DNA of 64,000 bases, from the NCBI GenBank assembly GCA_965116685.1, contig OZ220707.1:787655-851654 (forward strand). Direction: 5' to 3'. The notes under the pieces are model-generated. The model did not search any database. It saw only the letters and a list, made by a program, of their open reading frames with translations, and was not told the origin of the DNA. Shown piece after piece: positions 26,889 through 37,442 of the stretch; the stretch's first letter is position 1; the number at the start of each line of letters is the position of its first letter. The stretch is from Rhodothermales bacterium. GTDB lineage: Bacteria; Bacteroidota; Rhodothermia; Rhodothermales; Bin80. The position numbers were made by a program, and so were the translations under genes.

Positions 26889-27454
26889 AGACGGTCATTA
26901 TTGCCTGCGAAGGAGGAACTGAAGAAGCTTTTGTGAACAAATTTCTCTGTCATAAGCTCTGGCCAAAAGGAGTGTTTGCAGAACCACGCCTCATCCCGAC
27001 TTCGCGTCGTGAAAAAGGCGGTGCACTTAGCGGACAACGCGTACTCCGCTACCTTCGAAATACCCTTCGGGAACGGCAAAACACCTATGTCACGACATTT
27101 TTCGATCTGTTTTCCCTGCCGAAGAACTTCCCTGGGCTTGAGGACATCTCCGAGACGACGAACCCACTTAAACGCGCGACAGAAATCGAGACTGTATTTC
27201 GTGATGCCGTTATACGCGAAGCAAGATGTCGGCGCGAACGCTTTTTTCCTCACATTCAGCCCTATGAATTCGAAGCTCTGCTGTTTTCGGACACGACCGG
27301 TTTTGTGAAGGTGGAACCCGAATGGAAGGCATTTGCCGGGAAACTCGCGAGCATACGCGAAAATTTTGAAAGTCCTGAGTACATAAACGACGGAACCAAT
27401 ACGCATCCCTCAGCGCGACTTCAGAATCTTCGGTATTGTTTCAACTCAGAATGA
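26885..27454 (+). CDS. DUF4276-like protein (possible Toprim-like effector), possibly C-terminally truncated
   Basis: There is an ATGA overlap with the ATPase gene. The motifs IIACEGGTEEAFV, IQPYEFEALLFS and PEYINDGTNTHPSARL match my recollection of the DUF4276 family pattern. The protein stops shortly after the PS.RL motif, where family members usually continue for about 30-40 more residues. Confidence 0.65.
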   Translation: MKTVIIACEGGTEEAFVNKFLCHKLWPKGVFAEPRLIPTSRREKGGALSGQRVLRYLRNTLRERQNTYVTTFFDLFSLPKNFPGLEDISETTNPLKRATEIETVFRDAVIREARCRRERFFPHIQPYEFEALLFSDTTGFVKVEPEWKAFAGKLASIRENFESPEYINDGTNTHPSARLQNLRYCFNSE

Positions 27455-27464
27455 AACAATACCG
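27431..27464. terminator. Perfect 13-bp stem hairpin overlapping the DUF4276-like stop codon
   Basis: The sequence is cggtattgtttca actcagaa tgaaacaataccg. The stop TGA (27452-27454) lies inside the 3' arm. Confidence 0.5.
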
Positions 27465-27598
27465 CTTTCGAGCGTGCACATTACGTAGTACCGGGCGGTC
27501 ACCACCAAAGTAGGCGTCCTCCTGTAAAGGGCTCGAGTATACAATCAGCGGTAGATCGTGATGAGCACAGAACCGCCTCATGCCTTCAGTGATACAGA

Positions 27599-27760
27599 AC
27601 GGATCTCTATCAAATGGCATGCAGTGCTGAACCCGCCTGACTGGGAACATCGAGCATGTTTCGAGGGTACGCCTTTGTTGGTCGTGCTTTAGAATACCAA
27701 TATCGTCGGCTTCCTCGTTCTTGGGCTATTGTCTTGCCCATCTCGGTCATTTTATGCGTT
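27599..27760 (+). repeat. Right copy of the 162-bp imperfect direct repeat bounding the accessory island
   Basis: See the left copy. It contains a pseudo 3' end of the glycogen-synthase-like gene (TDLYQMACSAEPA-stop, one silent change) plus the functional upstream region and start codon of the next core gene. Confidence 0.9.
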
Positions 27761-28869
27761 CAATTCTTTTTTTCTTTCTACTGACTGCCCCACTGGTGAT
27801 GGTCTCCTGCTCGGATGCCGTCTCCGATGTCGGCTTGGACCTCCTGGGGAGCGAAGTAAATCTTCAGACAAAAACGGTGCGGGTCACCTCATTTTCAGCA
27901 TCTGAACTGGTTGATATCACGGGATCTGCACCCCGTGTGCTCGTGGGATCTGTTAACGATCCTCTGACTGGACAGATTGCAACCCATGGCTTTCTTGACT
28001 TTGCCGGCGATTTTTCTGGAGCCCCATCGGATAACATTAGTCGTGTCCAACTAAAACTTTCCCGTAATTATAATTTTGGAGATACCCTGGCGACGGTTCA
28101 ATTTGAGATCCATCAAATTCTCCAGGAATGGAATCATACCGGACGCCGATCCAATACCAGCCTAGACGTCGGTCCTGCTATTATGACCGTAACCACTGAG
28201 GATATGCTGACGATTGTGGATCTGCCGGACTCATGGATTAGTGAGAATGAAGATGTACTTCGGAGCGATGACTTTGAGACGGAATTTCACGGATTCGCCC
28301 TGATCGAAAATGGCAGTGGCCAGGTGATTGGCTTTACCTCTACCACGACCGTTTTGGAGGTAACCTCATCCGGCGGATTGACTACCTACAACGTAAGCAG
28401 TACCCATACACAGATTGAGCGTTCGCGCCCTTCTGACACACCAAGTGGATTTTTACTGTTCCAGGATGGCGCAGGACCTGCAATTGAGCTTAACTTTGCA
28501 TTTGATGAATTTGAGAACCAACCCATTAATGGCGTGGAGTTGATCTTCCGCGTGGATACCACTGCTAGTCAGGTCGCTCCAGAGAACTTTGTCCGCCCTC
28601 TTCCACGTGTCCTACAATTGGTTGCCGTTCCTATAGACGATACCGATCCTGCCGCCCTGGTTGGACAGGCGACGATCAATGATGGAAATTATCGCTTCTC
28701 GGAACGCGATGTTAGTGTCTTTTTCCAGCGTGTATTTTTTGGGTCACAGCAGTATAGCCGTCTGGAATTACGCGCTCCTATTGTAAATCATTCCCTGAAC
28801 GCTGTGCTGTTTTACGGTGCAGATGCCCAGGATTTATCTCCCCGGGCAACTATTATTTTGTCTCCATGA
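27754..28869 (+). CDS. Lipoprotein, possibly DUF4270 family
   Basis: It has a signal peptide and lipobox MRSILFFFLLTAPLVMVSC. Its position immediately downstream of the short glycogen-synthase gene is where a DUF4270 gene sits in many Bacteroidota. The family call rests on context rather than motifs. Confidence 0.55.
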   Translation: MRSILFFFLLTAPLVMVSCSDAVSDVGLDLLGSEVNLQTKTVRVTSFSASELVDITGSAPRVLVGSVNDPLTGQIATHGFLDFAGDFSGAPSDNISRVQLKLSRNYNFGDTLATVQFEIHQILQEWNHTGRRSNTSLDVGPAIMTVTTEDMLTIVDLPDSWISENEDVLRSDDFETEFHGFALIENGSGQVIGFTSTTTVLEVTSSGGLTTYNVSSTHTQIERSRPSDTPSGFLLFQDGAGPAIELNFAFDEFENQPINGVELIFRVDTTASQVAPENFVRPLPRVLQLVAVPIDDTDPAALVGQATINDGNYRFSERDVSVFFQRVFFGSQQYSRLELRAPIVNHSLNAVLFYGADAQDLSPRATIILSP

Positions 28870-30140
28870 GAAGGCATTGGCTACTTTTTGTATTCACGGC
28901 ATTCCTCCTAGCGCCTGCTGTTTACGGTCAGGGACGGGACGATGGCTCCTTCTATTCGCGGTATGGAATCGGTGAACTGAGCTCTTTTGCATCCAGTCAA
29001 GCACATGCTCTTGGGGGTGCAGGGGTTCCACTCTTTTCGTATGACTACATGAATTTCAGCAACCCTGCAACATGGAGCCGCCAAGCCCTGGTCCGCGTAG
29101 CTGTTGGAGCCCAATTTGATCAATTGCGTGCCCAAGATGCAGCCGGAAGAAGTGAGCAGTTCGTGCGTGGCAACTTTAATGCACTGCAGATTGGTGTCCC
29201 ACTTATGAATACGAAACTAGGGCTCGGACTTTCGTACGAACCCTACAGCCGAATGCATTACAAAATATCCACAAACAGTACCTTGGAATTACCGTCGGGC
29301 GAGGATCAATTGTACCAGATCAACCATGAAGGATCGGGGGGCTTACATATGGCACGAATCGGAATGGGCCTACAACTCACATCCTGGGCCTCCATTGGTG
29401 CCTCTGCTGACTTCCTGTATGGAATCACCGAAGAAGTGCGCCGTACTGCATTTGGAAATGCGGATCTCCTGGAAACAAATTTGGCAACCAGCACACGCAT
29501 GTCAGGCTTTACCTCTTCCATGGGGATCGCTATATCCCTTGATGGTGAAAATTATGAATTGGTTCTTGCTGCCAGCGGCCGCCTGCCGGTGACTCTGGAA
29601 GGTACCCGAACACTCACTCTGGGAGAGAGCCTGAACCTTGATACGCTTGGAACCGCACGTAGCGGAGACATCAAGCTTCCTTACCGGCTCAATGGAGGGG
29701 CGTCTTTTCGATATCAAAATCGCTGGCTGGTTAGTGCTGAGGTTCGACATGAGCCTTGGTCAACCGCATCCACTGCACTCCCCTTCGCAGCCTTTGAGTC
29801 AAATCACCTGCGTGACCGCACACGCTACTCCGGGGGAATTGAGTTTGTCCCGGCGGGTGCTTCCATGCAGGCAACCTACCTGCGCCGAACCGCATACCGC
29901 TTGGGGATCTACAGGGATAACCTGTATGTCAGCCCCGTTGCCGGAAGAGATATTGTAGTGTCTGCCATCACAGGAGGATTTGGACTACCTACATTGTTTT
30001 TAGGTAGCAGGCTTGACATATCCTTTGAAATCGGAACACGTGGCTCCACCAGTTATAATTTAATCCGAGATCGGTTTATCGGAGTTTCGGCCACTCTGAA
30101 CATTGGGGAACGCTGGTTCGTCAAGCGAAGACTTGGATAA
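28866..30140 (+). CDS. Putative outer-membrane beta-barrel protein
   Basis: It has a signal peptide (LLFVFTAFLLAPAVYGQ) and alternating-hydrophobic, Gly/Ser/Tyr-rich composition throughout. There is a 4-nt overlap with the upstream lipoprotein gene. Confidence 0.5.
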   Translation: MRRHWLLFVFTAFLLAPAVYGQGRDDGSFYSRYGIGELSSFASSQAHALGGAGVPLFSYDYMNFSNPATWSRQALVRVAVGAQFDQLRAQDAAGRSEQFVRGNFNALQIGVPLMNTKLGLGLSYEPYSRMHYKISTNSTLELPSGEDQLYQINHEGSGGLHMARIGMGLQLTSWASIGASADFLYGITEEVRRTAFGNADLLETNLATSTRMSGFTSSMGIAISLDGENYELVLAASGRLPVTLEGTRTLTLGESLNLDTLGTARSGDIKLPYRLNGGASFRYQNRWLVSAEVRHEPWSTASTALPFAAFESNHLRDRTRYSGGIEFVPAGASMQATYLRRTAYRLGIYRDNLYVSPVAGRDIVVSAITGGFGLPTLFLGSRLDISFEIGTRGSTSYNLIRDRFIGVSATLNIGERWFVKRRLG

Positions 30141-30197
30141 AGTGGCTTAATTATGTTTTCTTGCTTAAATTATCCACTTACTCAACCCCGAATTCTC

Positions 30198-31469
30198 ATG
30201 CACCGTACCCTTATTCCTCTCTCAACTGTCTTGGCAACCTTTATCCTATTGGTGCCAACCGTTCGGGCACAAGCCACTTCGGGTGACCAGGAGACGCGCA
30301 TCCATTACAGTCTCTATTATGAGAACTACAAGAATGAGAATTACCGGGACGCGGTATCCGACCTCGTATGGATACTCTACAATGCACCTGGATTCAGCCG
30401 CAACAGCGATGTAAACTTCAGGCGTGCAATTGAGACCTTCCAGGCTTTGGCCAACGAGGAGGATGATGAGGCAGCAAAACGTGTCTGGTTGGACTCGGCA
30501 TTGGTTCACTATGATCGAGTGATTCCCGTCCTTTCCGAACTTGAAGCTGATTTTGATCCCTTTATCTGGACTCGAAACAAGGGGCGTTTTATCCAAACCA
30601 ATATCAACGAACTCGCGGACCATCGTTCCAGTATGGTCGCGGCATATCGGGGAACGTATGAGATGGATCCGAAGCGAATCGATCCCTATTATCTTGATGT
30701 CATTATCTCAGATATGTATCAGTCAGGAGATATCGGAGGAGCACTGGATTTCTTGCGTGAACTTAGGAGTCAGCGGGGAGATGAGGAAAGCATTGATGGC
30801 CTGATCCACAAGTACTTTGTCGTCATTCCCCCCGATGAGCAGATTGCCTTCTTGGAAGAACAATATGAGGTCGAACCCGATAATGCGGAACTGGTCATAC
30901 AACTTTTTGAGTTGTATCAACAGGAAGCTTATCGTGAGAAAATGCTCGCTCTGGCAGATAAGGTTCTCTCTCTGGAACCGACTGCCGCAACGCTGCGGCT
31001 GCTGACCAGAATGTATGTGGAAGATGGGGATAATGAACGAGCCATCGAAACATTCCGCCAGATGGAAGCCATCCCAGACATTGAAATTCGTTCTCAGGAC
31101 TATTACAATTTGGGACTTGCCTATCAAGATATGGAAGATTTTCGTCAGGCAAGGGATTATTTTCGAGCAGCCTCAGATGCAGACACAGACTTTAAGCCTG
31201 CCCAGGTCGCGATTCCAAACCTCTATTCGACAGCCGTTGCCAGCTGTGGAGTCGCGGACCGCGAGCAAGCAGCCGTTTTTTGGATTATTGCGGACCAGTA
31301 CGCCCGGATTGGTGACCAGGATGGAGTGAGCCGAATGGCAACCGCGTTCCCAACCGCCGAAGATATTTTTTATGTTGCCGACTGGAGTAACGGTGAAAGT
31401 GCTCAGGTAAGTTATACATGCCGGGGGATGACAATCAGTGGGACAACGACCGTCCGACAGCGCCGCTAG
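30198..31469 (+). CDS. Tetratricopeptide-repeat (TPR) protein, secreted
   Basis: It has a signal peptide MHRTLIPLSTVLATFILLVPTVRAQ and several TPR-like helical repeats (e.g. YYNLGLAYQDMEDFRQARDYFRAA). The ORF opens at 30153. Confidence 0.65.
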   Translation: MHRTLIPLSTVLATFILLVPTVRAQATSGDQETRIHYSLYYENYKNENYRDAVSDLVWILYNAPGFSRNSDVNFRRAIETFQALANEEDDEAAKRVWLDSALVHYDRVIPVLSELEADFDPFIWTRNKGRFIQTNINELADHRSSMVAAYRGTYEMDPKRIDPYYLDVIISDMYQSGDIGGALDFLRELRSQRGDEESIDGLIHKYFVVIPPDEQIAFLEEQYEVEPDNAELVIQLFELYQQEAYREKMLALADKVLSLEPTAATLRLLTRMYVEDGDNERAIETFRQMEAIPDIEIRSQDYYNLGLAYQDMEDFRQARDYFRAASDADTDFKPAQVAIPNLYSTAVASCGVADREQAAVFWIIADQYARIGDQDGVSRMATAFPTAEDIFYVADWSNGESAQVSYTCRGMTISGTTTVRQRR

Positions 31470-31749
31470 CCGATCATGCAACTCCACCATGGCCCGTCTA
31501 TCGTTCTGTAATGAAAGACCCGGACGATCCATTCTCCTTGAAATCCTATTCTGTGCCTACTTCAATCCGTTGCCGATACATTGTGGTCATCGAACGATCA
31601 ATCAAATAGGTGCTTGAAGATTCTTTCATCCAGATTGCAAAATTCTTTGAGCGGGATTCTTTTGCCCAATGACGAACCTATTGATAACTCTCCCCTTTCA
31701 TACTCACTACCCATACTTCTATGGGTTGGGTGCAGGGGACTCATTGTAG

Positions 31750-33054
<1,305 letters not shown>

Positions 33055-33063
33055 AGAAAGTTC

Positions 33064-33375
33064 ATGATGGCCAAGACAAAACAACCGGGCTCAAAACGCA
33101 GACGGCTCTCGCCTCTGGTCCTGATTGGTTCTGCAATTGCAGTATGGCTACTGCTGCAATTTGTCTGGTTTGACAGCTATAGCTGGAGGCGCTATCAAGA
33201 TTGGCAGAAAGAACATGAGGAACTCCTCAAAGAAAATGCCCGGCTACAGTCTGAAATTATAGAGCTTCAGGCCTTGCTTGAAGCCCCACCAAGTGATGAA
33301 GTCATTGAAAAAATCGCACGTGAGCAATACGGCATGCGGCGCGAAGGAGAAACTGTTTATCGAGTAGAGGAATAA
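33064..33375 (+). CDS. Septum formation initiator family protein (FtsB/DivIC-like)
   Basis: 103 aa with one N-terminal TM helix, then a coiled coil (ELLKENARLQSEIIELQ) and IEKIAREQYGMRREGE. It follows eno, as in many bacteria. Confidence 0.7.
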   Translation: MMAKTKQPGSKRRRLSPLVLIGSAIAVWLLLQFVWFDSYSWRRYQDWQKEHEELLKENARLQSEIIELQALLEAPPSDEVIEKIAREQYGMRREGETVYRVEE

Positions 33376-34337
33376 TGCAAGCAATCGGTATTGATCTAGG
33401 CGGCACTTATATCAAGGCAGCACTGGTGCATAAAGCATTTGGTCTTGTCAAGACCAACTCCGTTGAGACGGGTGCCGACATGGGCAAAGACCATGTACTG
33501 TCACAAATCGCAGCGGCTGTAAAACCGTTGATGCGACGTAAAGGGCGTATTGCGGGGATTGGTATTGGAGCCCCCGGCTCCATTGATCTCGACAGAAAAA
33601 ATCTGATTCATCCTCCAAATATGCCAGGTTGGGGGGTGGTTGACCTACGCCAGGCCTTGAAAAAACGCTTAGGCCGACGTCTCAATGTCTTTGTTGAAAA
33701 TGATGCCAATGCAGCTGCGCTTGGATCTGGACGCTACGGGGCGGCGCGGAATCATGACCACTATATCATGGTCACACTCGGTACGGGGGTCGGCGGATCG
33801 ATTGTGTTTAACAAGCGGATTTTTCGTGGAGAGACTGGGGCAGCAGGCGAGATTGGACATGTATCTATTGATTACAATGGGCCACCCGACATGACCGGTG
33901 TGAACGGGGCCGTTGAAGCCTACCTTGGTCAGCGATTCCTGACCGGACATGCACGGGAGCAACTTGGACAATACCCAGACAGTATGCTGCACGCAGCTCC
34001 AGGTCTGGAAAACCTTACGCCAGCCACTATTACAGAAGCGGCCATGAATAACGACCCCGGGGCCATTGCGGTCCTTGAGTGGGCAGGCAAAAAGCTGGGC
34101 TGCGTTCTGGGGGGCATCGTCAATTTACTGGATATACGCACCATTGTGATTGGTGGCGGGGTTTCAAAAGCCGGAGATATGCTCCTGAAGCCTGCCCGGG
34201 ATGTCATCCTGTCCTACATTAAGCCCGGCATGCATGAAGATGTGACCGTAATCCAGGAAACGCTCGGGAATGAGGCTGGTATGCTTGGAGCAGCCTGCCT
34301 TGTGTTCGACCAAATTGATGACGAGAAGAAGAAATGA
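33375..34337 (+). CDS. ROK family sugar kinase (glucokinase-like)
   Basis: Motifs are GIDLGGTYIKAALV, VENDANAAALG and TLGTGVGGSIV, plus GEIGH. The usual ROK zinc-cysteine motif appears to be absent. Confidence 0.8.
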   Translation: MQAIGIDLGGTYIKAALVHKAFGLVKTNSVETGADMGKDHVLSQIAAAVKPLMRRKGRIAGIGIGAPGSIDLDRKNLIHPPNMPGWGVVDLRQALKKRLGRRLNVFVENDANAAALGSGRYGAARNHDHYIMVTLGTGVGGSIVFNKRIFRGETGAAGEIGHVSIDYNGPPDMTGVNGAVEAYLGQRFLTGHAREQLGQYPDSMLHAAPGLENLTPATITEAAMNNDPGAIAVLEWAGKKLGCVLGGIVNLLDIRTIVIGGGVSKAGDMLLKPARDVILSYIKPGMHEDVTVIQETLGNEAGMLGAACLVFDQIDDEKKK

Positions 34338-37002
34338 TCCTTTCTCCTCAGCCTGGCTAATCCAGACTGTCACGGTTTGCCTACTCACAGCGTTGCCTCA
34401 CATTGCAGAGGCGCAGGATGGGAAACCGATTGATGCTCCAATAAAATTCAGCGCCCGGGATTCTTTAGTCCTACACTTTGATTCGGAGGCCGGAGACCGT
34501 GGCACCTTAACCGGAAACGCCAGTGTCTCCTACGAAGCAGTCACCCTCAGTGCCTACTCTGTGGACCTGCTCCTAGATCAGGATGAGATCGCAGCTTATG
34601 GGCTCGCTACCGACTCTGGACTAGTAGGCACTCCCGTATTCTCTGAAGGGAGTGAGACCCTAACCGGCGCTCAATTGACCTATAATATCGGAACCGGCCG
34701 CGGACGAGTCACCGCAGCCAGAACCCAGTTTGAAGAAGGCTTCATTCAAGCCGGCATTGCAAAAGTCCGAGAGGACAGCACCATCTTCATTCAGGACGGA
34801 CTCTATACCACCTGTAACTGTGCTCCAGATGAGACACCTTCCTATTCGCTCAGAGCCCGGAGAATGAAGATCGTCGATCAGAAATGGGTCTACACAGGGC
34901 CGATTCAGCTCTATATCTTCAATATTCCGATGCCACTTTGGCTGCCCTTTGGGTTTCTACCCTATCAGGAAGGGCGTAGAAGCGGACTCCTGGCACCAGA
35001 GTATGGAGAAGACGAGCGGGGATTCTTCCTGCGAAACTGGGGCTGGTATTTTGCGCTCAGCGACAAGATGGATGCACAAGTCCGACTCGGCCTCTGGACA
35101 AAAGGAAGCTGGCAAGTCAATCCATCGTTTCGATATAATCGGCGGGACGCGTTCAGTGGAAACTTGAACGTAGATTATCTTCAGGAACGGAGCGGGGATC
35201 GTGATGACCCGGACCTAGTCAAGCGAAGGAATCTGAGCTTCCGCTGGAACCACAACCAAACTTTTTCTCCAAAATCACGACTCAGTGCAAATGTGAACCT
35301 GACCTCCAGTACCTATCTGCGCACCGTTTCCAATCAATACAGTGATAACGTTCGGCAGTCCATCGGCTCTTCGATCCAATTCAACCGTACATTCAGAGGG
35401 GGGCGATCCATCTCTCTGAGTATGCGGCAACAGCAAGTTGTATCCACTGGAAGCGTTGATCTGACATTCCCCCAGTTATCTTTTTCACAAAGCACGAAGT
35501 CCCCCTTCAAGCGTGAGATGAGTGGGCGAGATCAACGCTGGTATGAAAGACTGCAGTACAGCATCACCTCACGTATGAATAATCGATATGAGTTTCGTCC
35601 CATTTCTGATGAGGAATTAATTGCAAATGGAGATACTCTAGCCAATGGACAGCCAGTAGATTACCCTTGGTATGAGGCACTGTTCAATGAAGAAAAATAC
35701 CAGACGGCCACTGGTAAAACGGATGGACGAATTCGCTTTACTGCCCGACACCGTATCCCGATTGCCGCCCCATTTGCGATAAGGCGGATTCCGCTTTTAG
35801 GATCGGTACGTCTGAATCTTGCTCCAAACGCAAACTATACGGAAGAATGGTTCATCACCTCGGAACGACGACAATTGAAAGCGGATGGTTCGACCGAAAC
35901 CACGGCTGAACAGGGGTTCTTTGCGTTGCGGCAGTTTAATGCCGGCATGTCTGCCAATACGACCATTTATGGGCTTTTTCCTGTCAAACTTGGGGCCTAT
36001 GAGGGATTAAGACATACCCTGAGACCTCGCCTTGGGTTTTCGTATCGGCCAGACTTCGGCAGTGATGCCTGGGGATATACTCGTCCCCTGTTTGACGAAA
36101 CTGGGCAGCCCGTTGCAGACACACTCGCAACGGGAATCATGCCACGCCGCTACCCCATCGTACCCGGTGTACAGACCGGGCTTCAAAAAGCACTCAGTTT
36201 CGGACTTGACAACACATTCGAAACCAAACAAGTACAGATCGACTCTACAGGGTCCAATCAGACGCGTGTACTCAAATTATTTACCCTAAACCTGTCCAGC
36301 AGCTATAACCTTGCGGCAGATTCACTCCGAATGGCCCCAATCCGAATCAGTGCACGAACCAATATCCTCGGAAAATTCAACGTAAACTTCAGTTCCACCT
36401 TCTCGCCCTACAAACTCAGTGCGGACGGTCGCAGAACCATCAATGCCTATGTATTTTCCCCCCGGAATCTTGCGATTGCCCGGTTAACACAGTTGAGTGT
36501 ACGTGGCAGTATGCAACTTCGTGGAAGTGTGCGTACCCGTGCTGACAATACTTCTGCCCCCGCACCAACGATGCCGGAATTTGGGAGCTCCCCTCCCCCT
36601 TTCACAGGGGGAAGCAACAGTTCGTTTTCATCCACCGGCATGACGGGTGGAATGCAGAGCTGGTCGTTGAATTTGAGCTTTGTCTATCAGATTTCCCGTC
36701 CACAACTGGTGCTTCGCCGCTCGGCGACCATCAACACGGGATTTAATTTCACTTTAACCCCCACCTGGCGCGTGCAGGGGCAAACCGGATATGATTTTGA
36801 GCGGAAGCAACTTGTAACCACCACCCTCAATATAGCCAAGGAATTTGAGTGCTGGAATATGTCGTTCCGATGGATCCCGTTCGGTGCGTTTCAATCTTGG
36901 GGCTTCAATCTGCACGTAAAGAGCGGACGTTTAGCTGAATTCCTTCGTTTCCAGCAACCGCGTGCCGACCGTAATCGAGGGTTTCGGGGACGGGGAATCT
37001 AA
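34318..37002 (+). CDS. LptD-like outer-membrane LPS-assembly protein (long FCB-type)
   Basis: About 895 aa with a signal peptide ending HIAEAQ. It has an N-terminal OstA-like region (KFSARDSLVLHF...LTGNASVSYEAVTLSA) and a long beta-barrel-like C-terminus. The ORF opens at 34270. Confidence 0.7.
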   Translation: MTRRRNDPFSSAWLIQTVTVCLLTALPHIAEAQDGKPIDAPIKFSARDSLVLHFDSEAGDRGTLTGNASVSYEAVTLSAYSVDLLLDQDEIAAYGLATDSGLVGTPVFSEGSETLTGAQLTYNIGTGRGRVTAARTQFEEGFIQAGIAKVREDSTIFIQDGLYTTCNCAPDETPSYSLRARRMKIVDQKWVYTGPIQLYIFNIPMPLWLPFGFLPYQEGRRSGLLAPEYGEDERGFFLRNWGWYFALSDKMDAQVRLGLWTKGSWQVNPSFRYNRRDAFSGNLNVDYLQERSGDRDDPDLVKRRNLSFRWNHNQTFSPKSRLSANVNLTSSTYLRTVSNQYSDNVRQSIGSSIQFNRTFRGGRSISLSMRQQQVVSTGSVDLTFPQLSFSQSTKSPFKREMSGRDQRWYERLQYSITSRMNNRYEFRPISDEELIANGDTLANGQPVDYPWYEALFNEEKYQTATGKTDGRIRFTARHRIPIAAPFAIRRIPLLGSVRLNLAPNANYTEEWFITSERRQLKADGSTETTAEQGFFALRQFNAGMSANTTIYGLFPVKLGAYEGLRHTLRPRLGFSYRPDFGSDAWGYTRPLFDETGQPVADTLATGIMPRRYPIVPGVQTGLQKALSFGLDNTFETKQVQIDSTGSNQTRVLKLFTLNLSSSYNLAADSLRMAPIRISARTNILGKFNVNFSSTFSPYKLSADGRRTINAYVFSPRNLAIARLTQLSVRGSMQLRGSVRTRADNTSAPAPTMPEFGSSPPPFTGGSNSSFSSTGMTGGMQSWSLNLSFVYQISRPQLVLRRSATINTGFNFTLTPTWRVQGQTGYDFERKQLVTTTLNIAKEFECWNMSFRWIPFGAFQSWGFNLHVKSGRLAEFLRFQQPRADRNRGFRGRGI

Positions 37003-37433
37003 TTCGTCTGAGAATGCAGACGATAACGGGCATCCACAACCCAGGCATCTTCAACCGCCTTCAACCCTTCGTGCTTATGAAAACGTCCCAGTGTGCTGCG
37101 AAGAACCAACTCGGTCCCTTCGCAACGCTCCTGGACATGCCGCATCAGGCGTTTTCCAATCCCCAATCCCTGCACATCAGGCTCCACTGCTAAATCACAC
37201 AGATAGCTGTACACGACCCCGTCTGTAAGCACGCGTGCAATCCCTACAAGGCGCCCCATCTTCCATGCAGTGACCACAAGAGAGGCATTTTCAAACATCG
37301 CCCACAGGCGCTGTGGATCTGAAACTGGCCGACGTAATGGTGCCCGCCGATAAAGAATACGGATCAACTGCGGCGAAAGTCCCTCCAGACCTTCTCTGAT
37401 CTCAAGAGCATCCAATGTTTGTGTCTGGTCCAT
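36999..37433 (-). CDS. GNAT family N-acetyltransferase
   Basis: The acetyl-CoA binding motif region is LCDLAVEPDVQGLGIGKRLMRHV. 144 aa. Confidence 0.75.
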   Translation of the reverse strand: MDQTQTLDALEIREGLEGLSPQLIRILYRRAPLRRPVSDPQRLWAMFENASLVVTAWKMGRLVGIARVLTDGVVYSYLCDLAVEPDVQGLGIGKRLMRHVQERCEGTELVLRSTLGRFHKHEGLKAVEDAWVVDARYRLHSQTN

Positions 37434-37442
37434 TCTGATCCC

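Noticed and set aside
26831-27406. 191-aa minus-strand ORF opposite the DUF4276-like gene
   Set aside because: It is a shadow ORF. It is rich in Phe/Lys/Arg/Cys with no motifs, whereas the plus-strand frame has family motifs and is translationally coupled to the ATPase gene.
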